From Candidatus Altimarinota bacterium (GTDB lineage: Bacteria > Patescibacteriota > Gracilibacteria > BD1-5 > UBA2023), in assembly GCA_031386685.1 (NCBI GenBank), contig JANNCQ010000085.1:8241-72240 (forward strand): DNA of 64,000 bases, read 5' to 3'. Under the pieces are notes generated by a model that was not told the origin of the DNA, ran no database searches, and worked only from the letters and a program-made list of their open reading frames with translations. Position numbers and translations under genes: made by a program. This document shows positions 1-14,730 of the stretch, in pieces (position 1 is the first letter of the stretch; each line of letters begins with the position of its first letter).

Positions 1-715
1 GATGACAATCGAGATTTCATTTTGTCTGTACAACTGCTACTTGGCCATTCTTATGGATAGATAAGAAATGATGAGCTTGTGCTGCTGCTACTATAGCATC
101 TGTAGCGATTTTCAGATTCCCATCTGTTCCATTTTTAAATCAGAGTGGTGCTGAAATTCCAGATGCAAGTTCTCTATGTACTTGGCTTTCTGTTGTTCTT
201 GCTCAAATAGCTCACCATGATATAAGATCTCCAATATATTGAGGACTGATCATATCAAGAAATTCTGTAGCAGCAGGAATACCAGTTCTGTTAATCTCTA
301 TGAGAAGTTGTCGTGCTATACGTAGCCCTTCTTCTATTCGAAATGTTCAATCGAGATAAGGGTCATTTATCAGTCATTTCCATCCCACCGTAGTTCGAGG
401 CTTTTCAAAATAGACTCTCATAATAATCTCAAGTGTATCATTGTACTTTTTCCTTTCCTCAGCAAGAAGTCTCGCGTATTCAATTGCTGTCCCAGGATTG
501 TGTATCGAACAAGGTCATACTATAGTTACTAATCGATCATCATTACCATGAATAATATCGCTTGTGGATCTCCGAGACTTTCGTATCATTGATTCAACTG
601 GGGATCCTGTAATGGGAAAGAATCAAATTAAATCTTGGGGGGGAGGTAATGGTTTAACGCTTTGAATTCTTTCATCATCAGTAATTCATTTGCTATTAGA
701 AAGAACAGTTCCCAT
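1..715 (-). CDS. aroG: 3-deoxy-7-phosphoheptulonate (DAHP) synthase, class I AroF/G/H type; C-terminus runs off the window
   Basis: ATG at 715-713. With TGA=Gly the translation reads ...IVGPCSIHNP...[20 protein letters not shown]...[21 protein letters not shown]...LGFKNGTDG. Several in-frame TGA fall on conserved Gly. Confidence 0.85.
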
Positions 716-727
716 AAAGATATTATT

Positions 728-766
728 AAAAAAAATAAAAACTCCTCCAGTTTTCGCTGAAGGAGA
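728..766 (-). terminator. candidate rho-independent terminator downstream of the AI-2E transporter gene
   Basis: Minus strand hairpin ctccttcag-cgaaaa-ctggaggag (742-765) followed by a U-run (plus-strand A-run 728-741). Confidence 0.45.
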
Positions 767-926
767 GGTGTATGATTTCTTGGAATAGTTCTAAAACTCC
801 ATAAATCTCCCCTTCAGTAAATTCTGAAAGTAGAAATAAAAATAGAAGAATGTAGAGCTATGAATTTTTTGCATATTCGAAGATATAAGTTGATATTATA
901 TTTTCTCGAAGTTTTGTCAAAAGTTT

Positions 927-2162
927 TTATACTTTTTCTTTAATTATTCTTTTTGAAATGGGTTTTTTCGGGAGAGATTTTTCAGCGGAAGATATTTTTC
1001 GAGCCCTTGTTTTGATGGGATCTTTCCAAATCTTCTTATCTTGATATTCCGTATATATGACTTTCATGACTCATGCTATCGGTACCGCCAATATAATTCC
1101 GAGTATCCCACCGAGGCTCGCTCATGCTATCATGATGATAAATACAAAAAGAGGTGATATATCGAGAGCTTTGCTCATAACATATGGAACGAGAAAGTCA
1201 TTCTCAATACGCTGAATTATGAGATACAGGAGAGTTATCGCGAGAGCAATCTCCCATGATATACCGAGACCGATGATTGCTGCAGGTATGAGGGCTATAA
1301 GAGGTCATATATACGGTATGAATTCCATAATACCGCCTATAAGTGCGAGTGAGAATTTATTTTCGATCTGAAATGGTTCTATCTGAAGGAGATTTTGTAT
1401 GAATTGGGTATTGAGCGTGAACTCTAAAAGAGAGAGTCAGAGATACGTAACGACAAATATACTGATAGAAAGGATGAGCGTAGCTTTTATCCAAGAATTA
1501 CAGACGTTTTGCACTGATCGGTAGTGACTTTTTAGATATACATCAGCGTGAGCTGGTGCTAGGCTGAGAAGGAAACTCCCGATCTTGCGTCTTTCGAGAA
1601 CCATCAGAAATGTCATGATTGCAATAATTGCCCAATTGGCTACTACTCCACCTACTGCGCTCACTATCGAGATACTACCAGTCGTGAGAGATCATATCTG
1701 TGTGGTAACTACAGATTGTATATTTCCAGCATTTTGCTTGATGATGTCGAGAGTATGCTCTATATTTGCTTCTCAGAAGATGAGACGAATAGATTTTTCT
1801 ATATAAGGATGGAAGTGAAATCCGGATAATCCTTCACGAAGATAGACAGATTGTGCAGTGTTCACCCAGCTTGTGATAATATTGACAGTATTCGTCACAT
1901 AGTCGATGACGATCGGGATCAACGTCCCAATGACAATACTTCAAAGAAAGAATATGATAATATATACTCATAAAAGACTCATCCACGCTGGGATACCATA
2001 TTTCTCACCTTTTTCTGCAAGAGGAGTTATAAGAATAGTGATAAACCCTGCAATAATAACAATCAGAAGCAGGGATGAGAGCGTATAAACTATATAAAGA
2101 ATTCCAACAATGACCAACAGAACTCCTATTTTTTTCAGCCAAAGAGTGATTTCACTATTCAT
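927..2162 (-). CDS. AI-2E family transporter (PerM/YhhT, UPF0118) membrane protein
   Basis: Fragments 1437..1664 and 1968..2162 are in the same frame. The merged polytopic protein of about 411 aa contains ...GGIMEFIPYIGPLIA...IQRIENDFLVPYVMSKAL... Stop TAA at 927-929. Confidence 0.8.
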
Positions 2163-2221
2163 AGTAGGAATGATTATATAATTCTATTATAAGAATATTC
2201 TCCATTTTTCAATGGAGAATA

Positions 2222-2752
2222 TTAATTGAGTTCTTCTATTTTTTTATCGAGGAGATCAATCATGTGACTAAGGAACTCTTTGAGAATCAGTTTTTTTGTT
2301 TCACTCATTTTCAGTCTTCCTGTTTTCTCGAGGCGAGTTTCCAGAGACATACGTATTTTTTTATACGCTTCTTGGCGATCATTTTTGTCAGGTATAGATT
2401 TCGCAAGCTTGATACTTAAATCTTTAATGATCCTTGATCACTGAGCTTTATAAGATTCGATAATATATGTATTAATATCTTGTTTGAGTTTTTGTTCTTC
2501 TTGCACCTCCTCTGCTGTTTTTACGAATTCAGTATCGATAGAGCCACTTTTGGAATCTCATTTTTCATCATTTGTATTTTTCGTATTCTTTATCGTTTCA
2601 TCAGACTCAATTGGCGTTTGGGTAAGATTGGATCAGCTTTCATCGAGTTGCTTTCCACTTCATGATATAGCGTATGATGAATGAACTATGAAAAAAAATC
2701 CCAAAAGACTCAGGACGATCTTTCCCAAAAATATGTAAGTGTTTGAATGCAT
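2222..2752 (-). CDS. hypothetical protein with N-terminal membrane anchor/signal and a charged coiled-coil-like C-terminus
   Basis: ATG 2752, TAA 2222-2224, 177 codons open under table 25 (4 TGA). Starts MHSNTYIFLGKIVLSLLGFFFIV. No recognisable family. Confidence 0.55.
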
Positions 2753-2830
2753 TTCACTAGAAGGATATGAATAATAAATTGTATTGCAAGTTCACTATGT
2801 AGAGATTCGGTGAAGAGCTATGAAAATATA

Positions 2831-3685
2831 TTATACATCATTTCTTATTATTGTTGCTATAGCATTATCTAGTCGACAAAGCGATATATATTCCTTATCA
2901 GAATATTTCAAAAAAATGAGTGAATTATTTTTTTCGAGATTTCTTGAAGTAAGGTTCAGATTTTTTCCAAGGCGTATCTGCTCGTATTCTCTTATATCTA
3001 TTTCAAAAGTAGGAATAGTATGAAATAGGCCATTATAACTTATAGGTATAAGATTTTCTAAAGATGTAGCTTCTGATACATCGAGAATACCATATTCTGT
3101 ATATATTTTCGTACGTCGTAGGGCTGAAATGTATCATCCATTTATTCAGAAAAAGTTCCCTAATAGAGGAGCAAATGATCGCACGTACCCACCAGAAGAA
3201 AGAATAATTCTTAGAGTTATAAATAATTTTTCTAATTCAATAATTTCTACCTCATATACTTGTATATGCCTTTCTGGCAGGATAAAATCTTCTCATTTTC
3301 TTGCAAGATCATATGCACGTTCTCATTCTATATGAAGAGCACTGTATTTAGGAGGTATTTGCTTTTTCTGACACATTATAAAATCTCTAAGATCTTGTTC
3401 TGTTTTTTGTCTTATCCCATCAGTATTTATAGGAGATATGAGTGTTCCAGAATCTAGAGATTCACTTTTTCCATCAAGGCGTACCGTAAAAATATATTCT
3501 TTCTTTGCTTTTTCAACAAGTGGTAGGAGCTTAGTGCTTTTTTCTGTAGCAATAAGGAGGCATCCAGTTGCTAAAGGGTCAAGCGTGCCAGAATGTCCCA
3601 TCTTTTTTATACCAAGAGTCTTTCGGAGTAAACGAATGACATCAAAACTGGATATACCAAGCGGTTTATCTATGAGGAAAAACAT
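2831..3685 (-). CDS. truB: tRNA pseudouridine(55) synthase TruB
   Basis: MFFLIDKPLGISSFDV...MGHSGTLDPLATGCLLIA...IPPKYSALHIEGERAYDLARKGE. ORF 3323..3685 continues in frame through TGA to TAA at 2831-2833. Confidence 0.9.
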
Positions 3686-3697
3686 ATGAAAGAGCTA

Positions 3698-4513
3698 TTA
3701 TTCTCAAAGTTCTGGATACTTCGCAGATCGAGGATGGTCGAGAAAACGCGGAGGATATGTCCATGACCATTTCTTACCATCAAGTACTCAGCCAGCGCTA
3801 AATATATTATAATAACCGAGGTTTATAAGAACTCTTCCTATAATATCTTTTCTCTTGATGAAATGTGCTGTTATATTTTCGCCAATACATGTTCTAAAAC
3901 ATGATCTTGAATCTGCCGAGTTATTCCTATTATCTCCCATGACCCAATAGTAACCTTCTGGAATGAGAAATTGGTTTGTTTTTACATTTTCAGGCAGTCG
4001 AGTTTGTCCTATATTTACACTGGATAGATATGATTCGTTGATCTTTATGAATTTATCAGATCACGCTTTTTTAATCGATATTTCCCCATCTTCAAAGAGT
4101 AGGGTATCTCCAGGAAGCCCGAGGATACGTTTAATATAGTATTCCTTTTGTCTATCTACATGTGGAGTTATGACTACGACATCTCCTCGTATCGGATCAC
4201 CTATATGGAGAGGAATATTTTTGAGGAGAGTAGATGAGATAGTATTCCAACTAGTCGAAGTTGGCGATACCTCAGAAAAACTTACCGGAAGATTCAGGTA
4301 GGAAAATTTATCAACGATGATATATTCCTTATCATGATAACTCATTTCCATAGAGCTACCGTTGATCCGAAAAGGAGTCACGATAAAAGTTCGAACAATG
4401 ATAACAATAATAAATATTATCACAATATCGCGCATAAATCCTATAAATTCACGAAGAGTATTATTGGTTTCTGATATCTCTTCAGTTTTGAAAGATTCAC
4501 TTGGAGATTGCAT
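3698..4513 (-). CDS. lepB: signal peptidase I
   Basis: ...FRINGSSMEMSY...GDVVVITP...YIKRILGLPGD...YWVMGDNRNNSADSR. ATG at 4513; an upstream TTG at 4573 is also possible. Stop TAA at 3698-3700. Confidence 0.85.
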
Positions 4514-4557
4514 AAAAGGGGAATTATTAATAAAAAATGGGAATATCTGATTTTCTT

Positions 4558-7305
4558 CTATTTTCAGTGACAACTTTTATACTTCTTCCCGCTACCACAC
4601 GGACAAGAGTCATTACGCCCGATTCCTGCATAGAGATTCTTTGAAGCTTCATTTGTCTGAACGATGCGGACTCTGGGTTCCATGAGGAGAGAATCCTCGG
4701 AATAATTTGTATGATTCATATGGCTAGCTGCAATGACCGCACCAGTATCGAATCAGGCATTTGCATTTTCTGCATATTTCGAAAGAAGGGTCTCCTCGAG
4801 ATCCACTTCATCTATAGATTCACGTGGTTTTGCAGTGAGAAGTCATTTTATGACTCTGAGTCCAACGGTATTAATGAGTATGACGAATTTATCATAAGCA
4901 CGCTCTTTATAGATAATCAGAGGATTCTTCTGGGCATATCCCTCGAAGGCAACTTCTTCACGCAGGTGAGCCATACTATCAATATGATTCATCCAGAGCT
5001 CATCTATGGCTGCAAGTGTAAGTCGTCTTTCAAACTCTGCAAACTCTTCTTCTGTTCCAGTATCTCTGAGAATCTCAATTTTTCCTGATAAAAGCGATAC
5101 AACACGTACTTTCGCCGCAATATAGTCACTGACATTTGAGAGATTATCGAGTGAAATAACTGTAGATTCTGCAAATTCGTTGATTGACTCGATGATCCGA
5201 GTTTTTTCATCTGAATCAAAAAAAGCTTCATCTCATATACTCAGATCCACTATGCGCTCAACTTCTCACTTGAGCATCTCGAGGACTTCCATATGAATAT
5301 CTGCTCCAGAGAGTATTTTTGCTCGTCGTGAGTATATAGCAAGACGATGATGATTGAGGACATCATCATACTCTAGAATATGTTTTCGTATATCGAAGTT
5401 TCGACCTTCTACTTGTTTTTGGATAGTAGTTATATTTTTCATGAGCATCTTACTCTCCACAAGAGGATCTCATTCTGGATGTGACTCAAAACTCGCTAGT
5501 ATGCTAAAAAGTTTATTTCCTCAAAATATGCGCATGATATCATCTTGAGGAGAGAGCATAAACTGAGAAAGTCCAGGATCTCATTGGCGACCAGAGCGAC
5601 CACGCAGCTGATTGTCTATTCGTCGTGTTTCATGCTTTTCTGTTCAGAGAACGTAGAGTCCTCCAAGAGGATACTCTTGGATTCATGCAGTACCTTGGAG
5701 TTTTACGGTTCATGTGAGAGTCCGTACACGCTCATCAATCTTGATATCTGTACCACGTCCAGCCATATTTGTAGCTATAGTGACTGCTCAGTATTGTCAG
5801 GCTGATGCTATTATCTCTGCCTCTCGGGAGTCTTGTTTTGCATTGAGTACCTGGTGAGGGACTCACTCTTTTTCGAGAAGTGCAGAGAGATATTCACTTT
5901 TTGCGACTGATACGGTACCTACTAGGATAGGCTGACCTTTCTCATGAAGTGCTGCTATGAGACGTACGAGATAGGCGAATTTTCATTTCTCACTTCGAAA
6001 AAGGACATCCCCACGATCGATACGTTTGAGGGGTTTATTCGTGGGTATACTTATCACCTCGAGGTGATATATTTTATAGAACTCTTCTTCTTCAGTTTTT
6101 GCTGTACCGGTCATGCCGGCAAGTTTCGGGTACAGACGGAAGTAATTCTGGAATGTGATAGAGGCGAGTGTACGAGATTCTTGCTGGATAGTTACTGATT
6201 CCTTTGCCTCTATCGCTTGATGGAGTCAGTCAGAATATCTTCGGCCAGGGAGTACTCGTCCTGTATGTTCATCAATAATGAGAATTTCATCATTTCTGAC
6301 AAGATAATCTATATCTCTTTTGTATACTGCTGAAGCTTTGAGGGAGTTTTCCACATGATGAAGATCATTGAAGTGTTGACTCACATAGATATTATCGACG
6401 CCGAGATAGGATTCGAGTTTTTTGATACCTTCCTCTGTGAGGGTAGCAGCTCTCTGTTTCTCATCAATTTTATAGTCAGTATTCTCCTCGAGAGATCGTG
6501 CGAATGCGGCAAATCGCACATATTTCGTCGTCGGTTCGCTATCTGGCGCTGATATGATAAGTGGAGTCCGTGCTTCATCTATGAGGATAGAGTCGACTTC
6601 ATCGACGATAGCGAGCCATTTCTTTCCCATAGTCTGTCGCTCACTGCGTATAGCCATATTATCTCTCAGGTAGTCAAATCCAAGTTCGTTATTCGTCGCA
6701 TAGACGATATCGCAGGCATAGGCATTTTTTTTCTGTTCAAAATCCTGTCCATGAGTGATCACTCCTGTACTTAGGCCGAGAGCAGTATAGATGATACCCA
6801 TCTCAGCGGCATCTCGACGAGCAAGATAGTCATTTACGGTCACGATATGGACACTTGCGGGTACAAGAGAATTCAGGTAAGCTGCTATCGTCGCGACGAG
6901 AGTTTTTCATTCTCATGTCCGCATTTCTGCAATATTTCCTTCATGCAGTGTCATAGCTCCAATGATCTGTACATCGTAGGGTATCATAGTCCACTCCACC
7001 ATATTCCCACCTCCTATATCGAAGCTCTGTCCATATATGAGTTCACATGCACGACGATGAAGAGCAAAAGCCTCATATTTTATCGATTCGAGAATTTCCT
7101 TTGCCTTCTTCCGATCATCCACATCATCCATATTCAGTCACTCAAAAAGAGACTGGAATTGATGAGTTTTTGCTTGTACTTGATCTATTGTAGAAATTTC
7201 ATCACGAAAGTGAGATTCGATGGATTTTACTTTTTCGAGATCTTTTTGGTATGATTTGAGCTTTTTGGTGCTTGGGTCTCAGAATATAAGGGAAATAAGA
7301 TTCAT
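4558..7305 (-). CDS. secA: preprotein translocase ATPase SecA
   Basis: [15 protein letters not shown]... Walker A reads MRTGEGKTLVAT, with both Gly encoded by TGA (6913-6915, 6907-6909). C-terminal Zn finger [13 protein letters not shown]. 916 codons, fragments 5266.., 6226.., 6913.. all in one frame. Stop TAG at 4558-4560. Confidence 0.95.
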
Positions 7306-7490
7306 GGGAGAGTAGGGGGAGAATTATAGAATATAGAGCAGAGAATGAAGCGTATGTGAGAATACCCAGTGCGTGAAAATCCGCAGAATTATACAAAAAA
7401 ATCTTGTTTATTCAAATCAGTGAGGTGAAAAAGAAGTGAATAGTATTGACGAATAATTAATAATCCCTCTAACTCTAGAGGGATTATTAA

Positions 7491-8819
7491 TTATTCGAAG
7501 AACTCATCTACGATTTTACGGTATGCGAGACGATTTTTGATATCTTCGTAGTAGGTATCACCTGGGACGAGCTTCGCTCGGAGACGCTCAACGACCTCAG
7601 CACTTCCATACGTAGAAATTATTTTTTCTACTTCCGTTTTTATTTCTTCATCTGTGGGTTCAGTGCCTTTTGTTTCTCGTATTTTTCGGAGAAGCAGCTC
7701 TGCCTTCAGTCTTCGCTCTGCTTCAGGTCTTACTACTTCATCTTTGTACATTTCTACAGATTTCTTCACATGATCGAGATATTGTTTCATATCATACCCT
7801 TGTTGTTCGAGATTGCTCGCATGTTCACGGTAGACTTGCTCGACTTCATTTGCGATAAGTTCTGGTCCAACTTCGAACACTGCTACCTCCATCATCTGCT
7901 TCATAAGCATATCTTCATCTTTGGCACGAGCTTCAGACTCTTTTTTATTCTTTAATTCTTCTTCTAGAATTATTTTCAGTCCTGCTAGATCAGTACGCTT
8001 TCCACGAAGTTTCTCGATGAAGTCTTCATCGAATAATGGAGTATGAGGCTTCTCAATTTTCTCTATATTTGCGATAAAGTGCACTTTTCGTCCCTTAAAG
8101 TCGTCTGAGTGGTAATCCTTCGGGAATGTGATATCAAATGCTACTTCTTCTCCCATTTTAGCTCCAATAAGTTTTTCTTCAAAACCTGGGATAAATGAAT
8201 TCGATCCGATCACGAGAGGGTAGTTTGGCACACGAGTTTCTGATATTGCTTCACCACCCTTCTTATCGTATCCTTGTGCAGAGATAGTAGCACGGTCTCC
8301 AGACTCAATACTGAGATTCGAAGTATCTGCTCCATCATCGCTATGATGTCCTGCTTCATGGAAGTGGGTGAATCTTTTTTTGATCTCTGCGAGTTCTAAT
8401 TCTACTTCTTCTTTTGTGACGGATATCAGAGTCTTTTTTATTCGGATTGTATCCATCTTCTTTTCATCGATCACTATCTCAGGGAATACCTCGACTTCGA
8501 GCGTGAGCTCGATCGGATCAGTACTTTTGACTTCGGTGATCTGACCAGGAGATACGGGGAGGATATTTTCTTTTTTGAGAATTTTTGGATAGATCTTCCC
8601 GATGATAGCATCGAGAGCCTGTTGCTCGATCATAGCCTCTCCATATTCACGGATGATGACATGATCAGGGATGTTCGATCCTTGTTTGAATCACTTCACT
8701 TTTCCTTTGCTTCGGATTGCTTCGAGGACATGTTTCTTCGCTTTTTCGAGTTCTACTACTGATTCTTTGATTTGGATAGAGAGGGTGTAGCTATTTTTAC
8801 GAGTGACGGTACTTTGCAT
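7491..8819 (-). CDS. tig: trigger factor
   Basis: ORF 7491..8633 extends upstream through one TGA to ATG 8819 (MQSTVTRKNSYTLSIQ...GKVKGFKQGSNIPDHVI). FKBP-type and C-terminal domains are recognisable. Confidence 0.9.
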
Positions 8820-8862
8820 GAAATGATAAATTAGAATTTAGATATTTTTGTTTGATAGGGCA

Positions 8863-8888
8863 TAAAAACTCCCGAATAAAACGGGAGA
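8863..8888 (-). terminator. candidate rho-independent terminator
   Basis: Minus strand hairpin ctcccg-ttttatt-cgggag followed by uuuuu, 40 nt after the stop of the 8931..9683 gene. Confidence 0.55.
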
Positions 8889-8930
8889 ATTATATAAATA
8901 AATCGTAAGAAAGCAAATCTGTTAACTCAC

Positions 8931-9683
8931 TTAAGACGAAACATCCCTCAGGTATTCCCAATCTATAAAATCTCGTATAAATACATCCCATAACTCTCCA
9001 AGTTCTATTTGTAGTATATCTTTAAAATAAGGAGAATCTTTCTGTAAATCGGCTTTATCAAGAAAATCAGGTCAAAATGCTCAATTAAGCTTTATCGGTC
9101 GCGCTGATGTAGCAAACTCAAGAAAATGAATATAAAGTTGTACCGCCTCTCTTTTTTTATTTCTTTCTAGAAACTTTTCAGAAGCAATATCAATAATACT
9201 ATTTACTTGAAGTCCGTCCTCAACAAGTCATTTATACTCTTTTATATCTAGGTTGTCAGGAACATAATGAGATATATCCACTCCATTTCAGACCCAATTT
9301 CGTCCATCAATTACTCAATACCTATATGCACAATAAAATGCCAATAAAATAAGAAAAGACTGTTTATCTTGATCGAGTGCATCAAATGAAATTGTTCCAC
9401 TATCATCTTCAAGATAATCTGAGAATGTAAAAACAGATTTTCATATAAGCGATGCAAATGCATACAGGTTTCAACTTTCAACGATTCTACTATGGAGTTC
9501 TTTTTCAAGTAAGTAGAGCTGATCTTGTTCCTCTCTATAATCAAGGTCACTACGGGCTTCATCAAAACTTGCACTTACTCCCTTTCTTGCTTTTTCGCAT
9601 AGATCGTCAATAAATTTTTTCATATCCCCGTCAGCATTCCTACTAATAGCTTCAAGAGTAGGTGAGAGTTCCGTTACAGACAT
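8931..9683 (-). CDS. hypothetical protein
   Basis: ORF 9471..9683 continues in frame through TGA codons to TAA at 8931-8933 (251 codons). A frame scan found no TAA/TAG. AT-rich, no recognisable family. Confidence 0.6.
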
Positions 9684-9783
9684 AAATTACAAATAAGTAT
9701 TAATATATTAATTTTATATAATTTTTAAAAAAGTCAAATTTTTTTTAACCTTGCTCTTATTTAATTTTCGCTACAATTCTTTT

Positions 9784-11886
<2,103 letters not shown>

Positions 11887-11912
11887 TTTGCATTAAAATA
11901 GAGTAGATATAT

Positions 11913-12263
11913 CTATCAGAGGGATATTTTTAATCAAGTAAGTTTTAGTATGGTAGCTTTCTGTATAATATCTTTAGATTCCCTTAGAGCTTTTTCCTTA
12001 TCTTGATCTTTCTGGTATGTATTCTCTATAAGAGAGAGCGCTTTTTGACTATTTTCATCGATAAGTTTTGAAATAAGGTCAAAGTTATCAATACTAATAA
12101 GGACATTTTTTGCGTTTTCCCTAAATGAATCTGCGAGTTTCTGATTCAATGCAGGATTGGTTTCAATAATCTCAAGAACTCTCGCTAAAATTTGTTCTTG
12201 TTGTTTGCTTAGGGTTTCTTTTTTTGAGGTGGGTGTGAAGTAATTTTCGAGAGTTTCTGACAT
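11913..12263 (-). CDS. hypothetical protein
   Basis: ORF 11934..12263 reads through two TGA to TAG at 11913-11915. Small, charged, helical-looking protein. Confidence 0.5.
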
Positions 12264-12370
12264 ATATATTTTTAAAAATAATACTACCCAAATAGGATAG
12301 CATTATTGTTGGTTTTTCGCAAGGAATTTCACTTGACGAAGGTATATAGTATATTTCTTCTAAGAAATAA

Positions 12371-12706
12371 CTAGTGACATCCACTTCCGCAGTCACCACA
12401 CCCACCTGTTCCACACGATCCACCTTCATTATCATGATCATCATCACCGAGGATAGATAAGAACATTGATTTGATCTCCTCATATTCAGGAACTTCGCCT
12501 TGGAATATCATATCTTTGAATTCTATAGATTCTTCTTCTATACAGAGAGCAGGAGACTCAGTAATTCCAAGTTCCATCTTATAGGCAGGGTCATTCGATA
12601 TTTTTACCGTCACGGCATCGGAGAGAGCGAGCTCACCGAGAGCTTTATTGACGAGAACTTCGAGATCTGTAAGGCTCGTGCCCTCACCGACGAGTTGGAT
12701 GATCAT
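12371..12706 (-). CDS. thioredoxin-fold protein (Thioredoxin_3/MTH895-like) with a Cys/Gly-rich C-terminal tail
   Basis: MIIQLVGEG...ELGITESPALCIEEES...GEVPEYEEIKSMF then GGSCGTGGCGDCGSGCH, stop TAG. The usual N-terminal CxxC is absent. Start taken at ATG 12706. Confidence 0.55.
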   Translation of the reverse strand: MIIQLVGEGTSLTDLEVLVNKALGELALSDAVTVKISNDPAYKMELGITESPALCIEEESIEFKDMIFQGEVPEYEEIKSMFLSILGDDDHDNEGGSCGTGGCGDCGSGCH

Positions 12707-12763
12707 AATAGTATTTTTAAAAATAATTTTCCTTGATTGTAGTCTGCTTCTTATAAAAAGCAA

Positions 12764-12787
12764 GAAAAATCCGCCAGAAGGCGGATT
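12764..12787 (-). terminator. rho-independent terminator after rplY
   Basis: atccgcc-ttct-ggcggat followed by uuuuu on the minus strand, 7 nt after the rplY stop. Confidence 0.75.
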
Positions 12788-12793
12788 TCGGTA

Positions 12794-13414
12794 TTACGCA
12801 GCTTCTTCATCTTTCTTCTTCTCTGTAGCGACACCGACGTCTGCTACTGATACAGTATCAGTTTCTTCTTTTTGCTCTCTGACGGCGTGTACTCATACGA
12901 TCGCTACTTCTGCATGAGAAATGACTTGGTATTTTTTTGTATCGACTATAAGATCGCTCACGTGGAGAGTCTTACCAATATGATCAATGGAAGAAATATC
13001 GAGACTAAATGAGTCAATGACATCACCAGGAAGGCACTTTACATCAAGTGCATGAAGAGACTGATGTGCTTGGCCACCTGCTACTACAGCAGGAGAAATA
13101 CCAGTAAGTACTATAGGAATCTGTACATGGATAGTGGCCTTCATATCAACTGTAAGAAAATCCATATGGAGAGGAAGTCCAGTGACAGGATGTTTTTGAA
13201 GTTCATGAATCAATACTGGGTAAGAATCTTTCCCTACCTTGAGTGTAAATACATGATTCTTGCCGACTTCGCGGAATGTACGAGTAAAATCAGAGGGGCT
13301 AATCTTGACGCTGGTCGAAGGGACATCCTTGCCGTATAGGACTGCTGGGATCGATCCGCTTTCGCGAGTATCACGAGCTGTCTCCGTACGGATCTTTGCT
13401 TCGAGAGAATGCAT
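12794..13414 (-). CDS. rplY: 50S ribosomal protein L25 / general stress protein Ctc
   Basis: MHSLEAKIRTETARDTRESGSIPAVLYGK...VLIHELQKHPVTGLPLHMDF. Reads through TGA at 12893 into an acidic tail. Stop TAA at 12794-12796. Confidence 0.85.
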
Positions 13415-13497
13415 AGAAATAAAGAGAAAAAGTAAAAATCGAAAGTGAAAAACTTCTCTGCGAAGTTCTTATTTTCGCCAAGAGTATAATATAAACA

Positions 13498-13528
13498 TAA
13501 AAAAATGCAAATGAAATATTTGCATTTT
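13498..13528 (-). terminator. rho-independent terminator after the pil operon
   Basis: aatgcaaat/atttgcatt hairpin followed by a U-run on the minus strand, just after the pilC-like stop. Confidence 0.65.
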
Positions 13529-13549
13529 AACTCTTGTACTTCCCTTATT

Positions 13550-14692
13550 TTAGTTCGAAAGTGTTCCTGCAAGATTCATGATCGGCTGGAATATACCTAC
13601 CGCAATAAATCAAATCACGACAGCCATCACCGCAAGGATGAGTGGCTCAATCGCTTTTTGGACACTTTCGATAGCAATATCTACCTCTTCATCATAGAAG
13701 TCAGCAATCTTAATAATTGTCTCACCGACCTGAGCTGTTTCTTCTCAGACACGCAACATAGATACAAGTAGATCAGGGAAGAGGGCATCATCTTCGAGAG
13801 ATTCCGCCATTTTCATACCATTTTTCACATCGTTTCGGAGAAGGAGGAGTCTCTGATGGTATACTTCATTGCCTACAGCGCTCGATACGATACGTATAGC
13901 TTCGATCACAGAGACTCCACTTCCTATAAGGTTCGAGAATATTCGAGCAAAACGCGAAAGTATAACTTTACGAAGGAGGGGCCCGAATACAGGAATTCTC
14001 AACACCATTCCGGCCCAAATATATTTTCCAGATTTCGTCTTTTTCCATATGTTGAAGACGACATAAGAAACTGCCATTCAACCAATCATATAATACCATT
14101 TTTCTTGAAAGAATTCACTCGTATTAACGATCATTCTCGTAGCATCAGGAAGTTTGGATTTTTCTCAGAAAAATCCTGTGAGTACGGGTATTACTTTTAC
14201 CATGAGGACTGTCACACATATAAACATACCAGCGACGAGCAGTACGGGGTAGGTCATGGCACCTTTAATTTTACGGGTTATTGAGTCTACTTTTTCTGTT
14301 TGTTCAGCTATTTGTAAGAGTGCTTGATTCAGCTTACCAGTACGTTCACCCGCTTCTATGATCGATATTTCTGCATCTCAAAAACATCCATAGTAGTCTG
14401 CGAGTGCCTCATGCATGGTACGACCTCACTGAACACGATCAATCATAAACGTATAGAATTTTTTCATTCCAGGATCTTTTTCTTGTTTCTTGAGAGCATT
14501 GAGACTTTTTAGTACTGTAAGACTCGCATTTACCATAGTCGCCATAATTCGAAAAAATATTACTTTTTGTCGAAGATTTATAGAGCCTCATTTAAAGAGA
14601 AGATTTTTTGCGTAGGAAAAGTAGGATTCTTGTTTTGCTACTTCTTGACCTTCTTGTACATCGAGGATGACGATATCTGATGCTGTAGCCAT
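13550..14692 (-). CDS. pilC: type II secretion / type IV pilus platform protein (GspF/PilC family)
   Basis: 381 codons. ...GRTMHEALADYYGCFGDAEISIIEAGERTGKL...PLLRKVILSRFARIFSNLIGSGVSVIEA...FPDLLVSMLRVGEETAQ... Stop TAA at 13550-13552. Confidence 0.85.
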
Positions 14693-14730
14693 AGTATGGA
14701 TGATTAGTTACTAATTGAAGCGAGTATTTT

